41,060 nt of DNA from Nemertoderma westbladi (Eukaryota > Animalia > Xenacoelomorpha). Below are positions 33,314-41,060 of the stretch, in pieces (the stretch's first letter is position 1; the number at the start of each line of letters is the position of its first letter). The translations under genes were made by a program, and so were the position numbers. The notes under the pieces are model-generated. The model did not search any database and had not been told where the DNA came from. It saw nothing but the letters and a program-made list of their open reading frames with translations. The DNA is taken from NCBI GenBank assembly GCA_032718475.1, contig JAUCBJ010000175.1:1-41060 (forward strand), in the 5' to 3' direction.

Positions 33314-36300
33314 ACAGTAAAACCTTCCACCCTGTTTCCCAAAGGAACACCTGTTCATCACCATGGGTGATATTCCACAGTAAACCCTTCCACTCTGTTT
33401 CCCAAAGGAATACCTGTTCATCACAATTGGTGATCTTCATCTTCCACAGTAAACCCTACCACTCTGTTCCCAAAGGAATACCTGTTCATCACAATGGGTG
33501 ATCTTCCACAGTAAACCCTTCCACTATGTTTCCCAAAAGAATACCTGTTCACCACAGTGGGTGATCTTCATCTTCCACAGTAAACCCTTCCACTCTGTTT
33601 CCCAAAGGAATACCTGTTCATCACAATGGGTGATCTTCCATAGTAAACCCTTCCACTCTGTTTCCTAAAGGAATGTCTGTTCACCACCATGGGTGATCTT
33701 CCACAGTAAACCGTTCCACTCTGTTTCCTAAAGGAATGCCTGTTCATCACAATGGGTGATATTCCACAGTAAACCCTTCCACTCTGTTTCCTAAAGGAAT
33801 GCCTGTTCATCACAATGGGTGATCTTCCATAGTAAACCCTTCCACTATGTTTCCCAAAGGAAATACTGTTCACCAACATGGGTGATCTTCCACTGTAAAC
33901 CCTTCCACTATGTTTCCCAAAAGAATACCTGTTCACCACCATGGGTGATCTTCATCTTCCACAGTAAACCCTTCCACTCTGTTTCCTAAAGGAATACCTG
34001 TTCACCACCATGGGTGATATTCCACAGTAAACCCTTCCACTCTGTTTCCTAAAGGAATGCCTGTTCATCACAATGGGTGATATTCCACAGTAAACCCTTC
34101 CACTCTGTTTCCTAAAGGAATGCCTGTTCATCACAATGGGTGATCTTCCATAGTAAACCCTTCCACTATGTTTCCCAAAGGAAATACTGTTCACCAACAT
34201 GGGTGATCTTCCACTGTAAACCCTTCCACTATGTTTCCCAAAAGAATACCTGTTCACCACCATGGGTGATCTTCATCTTCCACAGTAAACCCTTCCACTC
34301 TGTTTCCCAAAGGAATACCTGTTCATCACAATGGGTGATATTCCACAGTAAACCCTTCCACTCTGTTTCCCAAAGGAATACCTGTTCACCACCATGGGTG
34401 ATCTTCATCTTCCACAGTAAACCCTTCCACTCTGTTCCCAAAGACCTGTTCATCACCATGGGTGATATTCCACAGTAAACCCTTCCACTCTGTTTCCTAA
34501 AGGAATGCCTGTTCATCACAATGGGTGATATTCCACAGTAAACCCTTCCACTCTGTTTCCTAAAGGAATGCCTGTTCATCACAATGGGTGATCTTCCATA
34601 GTAAACCCTTCCACTATGTTTCCCAAAGGAAATACTGTTCACCAACATGGGTGATCTTCCACAGTAAACCCTTCCACTCTGTTTCCTAAAGGAATGCCTG
34701 TTCATCACAATGGGTGATATTCCACAGTAAACCCTTCCACTCTGTTTCCTAAAGGAATGCCTGTTCATCACAATGGGTGATCTTCCATAGTAAACCCTTC
34801 CACTATGTTTCCCAAAGGAAATACTGTTCACCAACATGGGTGATCTTCCACTGTAAACCCTTCCACTATGTTTCCCAAAAGAATACCTGTTCACCACCAT
34901 GGGTGATCTTCATCTTCCACAGTAAACCCTTCCACTATGTTTCCCAAAAGAATACCTGTTCACCACAGTGGGTGAGTTTCATCTTCCACAGTAAACCCTT
35001 CCACTCTGTTTCCCAAAGGAATACCTGTTCATCACAATGGGTGATCTTCATCTTCCACAGTAAACCCTTCCACTATGTTTCCCAAAAGAATACCTGTTCA
35101 CCACAGTGGGTGATCTTCATCTTCCACAGTAAACCCTTCCACTCTGTTTCCCAAAGGAATACCTGTTCATCACAATGGGTGATCTTCCATAGTAAACCCT
35201 TCCACTCTGTTTCCTAAAGGAATGCCTGTTCATCACAATGGGTGATATTCCACAGTAAACCCTTCCACTCTGTTTCCTAAAGGAATGCCTGTTCATCACA
35301 ATGGGTGATCTTCCATAGTAAACCCTTCCACTATGTTTCCCAAAGGAAATACTGTTCACCAACATGGGTGATCTTCCACTGTAAACCCTTCCACTATGTT
35401 TCCCATAAGAATACCTGTTCACCACCATGGGTGATCTTCATCTTCCACAGTAAACCCTTCCACTCTGTTTCCCAAAGGAATACCTGTTCATCACAATGGG
35501 TGATATTCCACAGTAAACCCTTCCACTCTGTTTCCCAAAGGAATACCTGTTCACCACCATGGGTGATCTTCATCTTCCACAGTAAACCCTTCCACTCTGT
35601 TCCCAAAGACCTGTTCATCACCATGGGTGATCTTCCACAGTAAACCCTTCCACTCTGTTTCCTAAAGGAATGCCTGTTCATCACAATGGGTGATATTCCA
35701 CAGTAAACCCTTCCACTCTGTTTCCTAAAGGAATGCCTGTTCATCACAATGGGTGATCTTCCACAGTAAACCCTTCCACTCTGTTTCCTAAAGGAATGCC
35801 TGTTCATCACAATGGGTGATATTCCACAGTAAACCCTTCCACTCTGTTTCCTAAAGGAATGCCTGTTCATCACAATGGGTGATCTTCCATAGTAAACTCT
35901 TCCACTATGTTTCCCAAAGGAAATACTGTTCACCAACATGGGAGATCTTCCACTGTAAACCCTTCCACTATGTTTCCCAAAAGAATACCTGTTCACCACC
36001 ATGGGTGATCTTCATCTTCCACAGTAAACCCTTCCACTCTGTTTCCCAAAGGAATACCTGTTCATCACAATGGGTGATATTCCACAGTAAACCCTTCCAC
36101 TCTGTTTCCCAAAGGAATACCTGTTCACCACCATGGGTGATCTTCATCTTCCACAGTAAACCCTTCCACTCTGTTTCCCAAAGGAATACCTGTTCACCAC
36201 CATGGGTGATCTTCATCTTCCACAGTAAACCCTTCCACTCTGTTTCCCAAAGGAATACCTGTTCATCACAATGGGTGATCTTCATCTTCCACAGTAAACC

Positions 36301-39300
36301 CTTCCACTATGTTCCCAAAGGAATACCTGTTCATCACAATGGGTGATCTTCATCTTCCACAGTAAACCCTACCACTCTGTTCCCAAAGGAATACCTGTTC
36401 ATCACAATGGGTGATCTTCCACAGTAAACCCTTCCACTATGTTTCCCAAAAGAATACCTGTTCACCACAGTGGGTGATCTTCATCTTCCACAGTAAACCC
36501 TTCCACTCTGTTTCCCAAAGGAATACCTGTTCATCACAATGGGTGATCTTCCATAGTAAACCCTTCCACTATGTTTCCCAAAGGAAATACTGTTCACCAA
36601 CATGGGTGATCTTCCACTGTAAACCCTTCCACTATGTTTCCCAAAAGAATACCTGTTCACCACCATGGGTGATCTTCATCTTCCACAGTAAACCCTTCCA
36701 CTCTGTTTCCCAAAGGAATACCTGTTCATCACAATGGGTGATCTTCCATAGTAAACCCTTCCACTATGTTTCCCAAAGGAATGCCTGTTCACCACAATGG
36801 GTGATCTACCACAGTAAACCCTTCCACTCTGTTTCCTAAAGGAATACCTGTTCACCACCACGGGTGATCTTCCACAGTAAACCCTTCCACTCTGTTTCCA
36901 TAATGAATACCTGTTCATCACCATGGGTGATCTTCCACAGTAAACCCTTCCACTCTGTTTCCCAAAAGAATACCTGTTAACCACCATGGGTATTCTTCAT
37001 CTTCCACAGTAAACCCTTCCACTCTGATTCCCAAAGGAATACCTGTTCATCACAATGGGTGATCTTCCATAGTAAACCCTTCCACTCTGTTTCCTAAAGG
37101 AATGCCTGTTCATCACAATGGGTGATATTCCACAGTAAACCCTTCCACTCTGTTTCCTAAAGGAATGCCTGTTCATCACAATGGGTGATCTTCCATAGTA
37201 AACCCTTCCACTATGTTTCCCAAAGGAAATACTGTTCACCAACATGGGTGATCTTCCACTGTAAACCCTTCCACTATGTTTCCCAAAAGAATACCTGTTC
37301 ACCACCATGGGTGATCTTCATCTTCCACAGTAAACCCTTCCACTCTGTTTCCCAAAGGAATACCTGTTCATCACAATGGGTGATATTCCACAGTAAACCC
37401 TTCCACTCTGTTTCCCAAAGGAATACCTGTTCACCACCATGGGTGATCTTCATCTTCCACAGTAAACCCTTCCACTCTGTTCCCAAAGACCTGTTCATCA
37501 CCATGGGTGATATTCCACAGTAAACCCTTCCACTCTGTTTCCTAAAGGAATGCCTGTTCATCACAATGGGTGATATTCCACAGTAAACCCTTCCACTCTG
37601 TTTCCTAAAGGAATGCCTGTTCATCACAATGGGTGATCTTCCATAGTAAACCCTTCCACTATGTTTCCCAAAGGAAATACTGTTCACCAACATGGGTGAT
37701 CTTCCACAGTAAACCCTTCCACTCTGTTTCCTAAAGGAATGCCTGTTCATCACAATGGGTGATATTCCACAGTAAACCCTTCCACTCTGTTTCCTAAAGG
37801 AATGCCTGTTCATCACAATGGGTGATCTTCCATAGTAAACCCTTCCACTATGTTTCCTAAAGGAATGCCTGTTCATCACAATGGGTGATCTTCCATAGTA
37901 AACCCTTCCACTATGTTTCCCAAAGGAAATACTGTTCACCACCATGGGTGATCTTCCACAGTAAACCCTTCCACTCTGTTTCCTAAAGGAATGCCTGTTC
38001 ATCACAATGGGTGATATTCCACAGTAAACCCTTCCACTCTGTTTCCTAAAGGAATGCCTGTTCATCACAATGGGTGATCTTCCATAGTAAACCCTTCCAC
38101 TATGTTTCCCAAAGGAAATACTGTTCACCAACATGGGTGATCTTCCACTGTAAACCCTTCCACTATGTTTCCCAAAAGAATACCTGTTCACCACCATGGG
38201 TGATCTTCATCTTCCACAGTAAACCCTTCCACTCTGTTTCCCAAAGGAATACCTGTTCATCACAATGGGTGATATTCCACAGTAAACCCTTCCACTCTGT
38301 TTCCCAAAGGAATACCTGTTCACCACCATGGGTGATCTTCATCTTCCACAGTAAACCCTTCCACTCTGTTCCCAAAGACCTGTTCATCACCATGGGTGAT
38401 ATTCCACAGTAAACCCTTCCACTCTGTTTCCCAAAGGAATACCTGTTCACCACCATGGGTGATCTTCATCTTCCACAGTAAACCCTTCCACTCTGTTTCC
38501 CAAAGGAATACCTGTTCATCACAATGGGTGATCTTCATCTTCCACAGTAAACCCTACCACTCTGTTCCCAAAGGAATACCTGTTCATCACAATGGGTGAT
38601 CTTCCACAGTAAACCCTTCCACTATGTTTCCCAAAAGAATACCTGTTCACCACAGTGGGTGATCTTCATCTTCCACAGTAAACCCTTCCACTCTGTTTCC
38701 CAAAGGAATACCTGTTCATCACAATGGGTGATCTTCCATAGTAAACCCTTCCACTATGTTTCCCAAAGGAAATACTGTTCACCAACATGGGTGATCTTCC
38801 ACTGTAAACCCTTCCACTATGTTTCCCAAAAGAATACCTGTTCACCACCATGGGTGATCTTCATCTTCCACAGTAAACCCTTCCACTCTGTTTCCCAAAG
38901 GAATACCTGTTCATCACAATGGGTGATCTTCCATAGTAAACCCTTCCACTATGTTTCCCAAAGGAATGCCTGTTCACCACAATGGGTGATCTACCACAGT
39001 AAACCCTTCCACTCTGTTTCCTAAAGGAATACCTGTTCACCACCACGGGTGATCTTCCACAGTAAACCCTTCCACTCTGTTTCCATAATGAATACCTGTT
39101 CATCACCATGGGTGATCTTCCACAGTAAACCCTTCCACTCTGTTTCCCAAAAGAATACCTGTTAACCACCATGGGTATTCTTCATCTTCCACAGTAAACC
39201 CTTCCACTCTGTTTCCCAAAGGAATGCCTGTTCACCACCATGGGTGATCTTCCACAGTAAACCCTTCCACTCTGTTTCCTAAAGGAATACCTGTTTATCA

Positions 39301-40050
39301 CCATGGCTGATCTTCCACAGTAAACCCTTCCACTCTGTTTCCCAAAAGAATACCTGTTTACCACCATGGGTGATCTTCATCTTCCACAGTAAACCCTTCC
39401 ACTCTGTATCCCAAAGAAATGCCTGTTCACCACCATGGGTGATCTTCAACATTAAACCATTCCACTCTGTTTCCAAAAGGAATACCTGTTAATCACCGTG
39501 GGTGATCTTCCACAGCAAACCCTTCCACTCTGTTTCCCAAAGGAATGCCTGTTCACCACCATGGGTGATCTTCCACAGTAAGCCCTTCCACTCTGTTTCC
39601 TAAAGGAATGCCTGTTCACCACGACAGGTGATCTTTCCACAGTAAACCCTTCCACTCTGTTTCCTAAAGGAATACCTGTTCACCACCACGGGTAATCTTC
39701 CACAGTAAACCCTTCCACTCTGTTTCCCAAAGGAATGCCTGTTCACCACCATGTGTGATCTTCCACATTAAACCCTTCCACTCTGTTTCCTAAAGGAATG
39801 CCTGTTCACCACCATGGGTGATCTTCCACAGTAAGCCCTTCCACTCTGTTTCCCAAAGGAATGCCTGTTCACCACCCACCATGGGTGATCTTCCACAGTA
39901 AATTCTTCCACTCGGTTTCCTAAAGGAATGACTGTTCACAACCATGTGAGATCTTCCACAGTAAACCATTGCACTGTTTCCTAAAGAAAGGATGCCTGTT
40001 CACCACCATGGGTGATCTTCCACAGTAAACCATTTCACTCGGTTTCCCAA
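33314..40050. repeat. 63-bp satellite (length variants of about 58-69 bp), about 105 units, intronic
   Basis: Unit ttccacagtaaacccttccactctgtttcccaaaggaatacctgttcatcacaatgggtgatc; ttcatc duplication and 5-bp deletion variants; more diverged at the right edge. Confidence 0.98.
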
Positions 40051-40212
40051 GTTACCTTGACCACCTTTATCGACCACTGAAGGATGCAAGCCAGGGTTGG
40101 GCCAGGTTGTAGCATTTAAAGCACTTTGCCCAAACAGTGCTGCCCCATCTAGGGATCGAACCAGGGCTTCCTAATTGGAAACCCAGGAATTTATTTCACC
40201 ACTAGACCAAGT
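40051..40212 (-). mobile_element. tRNA-derived SINE (head plus body)
   Basis: Minus strand A box TGGTCTAGTGG (40209-40199), B box GGTTCGATCCC (40162-40152), then ttgggcaaagtgcttta and catccttcagtggtcgataaa, reminiscent of conserved SINE central domains. Confidence 0.7.
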
Positions 40213-40407
40213 TGCTGCTTGGTCTAGTATCTATTATAGTGCTCTAGTGGTTTAATATTAAATATACATTAACTTTTTGTTATCCATGAGATGCATTACC
40301 AATTATTGTAATCATAAAAATCACAGTAAAATAAAGTAGCCGATTTAGATATTAATAGTTATTAATTTTAAAGTTACACTAAATTACAAACGAATAGATT
40401 GTCTAAC

Positions 40408-40719
40408 CTGTACGGTTGAAGACATCGGTAATGGTTGCTGATTGGCTGTCGATAGATGTGCTGTGACGACCGCTGGGTGGCGTCTCGACTTAGCGGTCTG
40501 AGGCGCGGGTCCGCCGATGGACGACTGCCCCACTGTGGGGGGACGGGGGGCAGTTGAGGGGGTTAGGGGGGCCGCTGTGGGGGTCCGAGTGGCCGTAGAT
40601 GGCGTCCGGGGGGCTGGTGTGGGGGTCCGGGATTCCTTGGCCAGTCTATCCAGTCTGCAGTTGGCCAACTCGGACGGACACACTGGCAAGTCGTATTGGA
40701 TATTGTTGTCCGAGAGAAC
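40408..40719 (-). CDS. EP400: Internal coding exon of probable EP400/Domino (SWR1-family remodeller), C-terminal region
   Basis: Acceptor ttaatctcag|GTT at 40720, donor CAG|gttaga at 40407, 312 bp, phase 0/0. Translation VLSDNNIQYDLPVCPSELANCRLDRLAKE resembles the EP400 segment VLAESGINYDKPLPPIQVASLRAERIAKE (recalled from memory, not searched). Confidence 0.7.
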
Positions 40720-41060
40720 CTGAGATTAACAGAGACGAAACAGTTAATATAACGACACAAATAAAGGTAACTAAACAGAACAACTGTAGAGCGAAAAAAT
40801 GAATTCAGGTCAGATTGTTCCGGGGTCTAAAACAAAGCAAATAACTTAAAGAAAAAGATGATAGTAACCATTAGCAACAATAATTAATCAATAAATTAAT
40901 TGTTGGGGGTGAGTGATGATCAATTAAGTAGTTTACAATGTGATAGGACGATATGACGAAATATATGACGATGCTCTTCATAGCGACCCTATTGAGGCTC
41001 GAACCCGGTACTTAGGGTTGATATTTTTCGCTATGGAGAACATTATCATATTGTCAAAAT

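Noticed and set aside
33568-39655. Numerous 60-300 aa ORFs in the 63-bp satellite
   Set aside because: Repeat translations broken by frequent indels, lying within a phase-compatible intron.
21630-40050. CRISPR-like appearance of the 33-bp and 63-bp arrays
   Set aside because: Units are head-to-tail with no unique spacers, there are no cas genes, and the context is eukaryotic.
40985-41035. B-box-like GGTTCGAGCC on the minus strand
   Set aside because: No convincing A box or cloverleaf; at most a decayed SINE fragment.

Overview
AT-rich, repeat-dense eukaryotic (metazoan, probably marine invertebrate) genomic DNA; most long ORFs in the six-frame track are artefacts of tandem repeats. The most striking object is a 5.86-kb element at 2330-8185 with Polinton/Maverick-type ends (5'-AGTAGT...ACTACT-3', perfect 6-bp target-site duplication CTAGGG) and very long inverted repeats (about 1.4 kb unique sequence plus a (CCACAG/CCACAA)n array per arm, each arm carrying a tRNA-like Pol III cassette). 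It has no pPolB, integrase or capsid genes; its only cargo is one intronless gene for a C2H2 zinc-finger/acidic protein. It appears to have inserted into the terminal repeat of an older related element (starting AGTAGT at 1886, resuming after 8191). The window also holds a 5'-truncated, disabled RTE-type LINE with an 11-bp TSD plus a second deleted copy, several MITE/fold-back elements, two tandem 72-aa Cys-rich membrane microprotein genes flanking a tRNA-Thr(AGT), a 6.4-kb 33-bp minisatellite bracketed by a splice-acceptor-like site and a unique ORF tail, an intronless LITAF-domain gene, and the last two coding exons of a probable EP400/Domino gene whose final intron holds a 6.7-kb 63-bp satellite abutting a tRNA-derived SINE. 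All calls were made by eye; no database searches were run.
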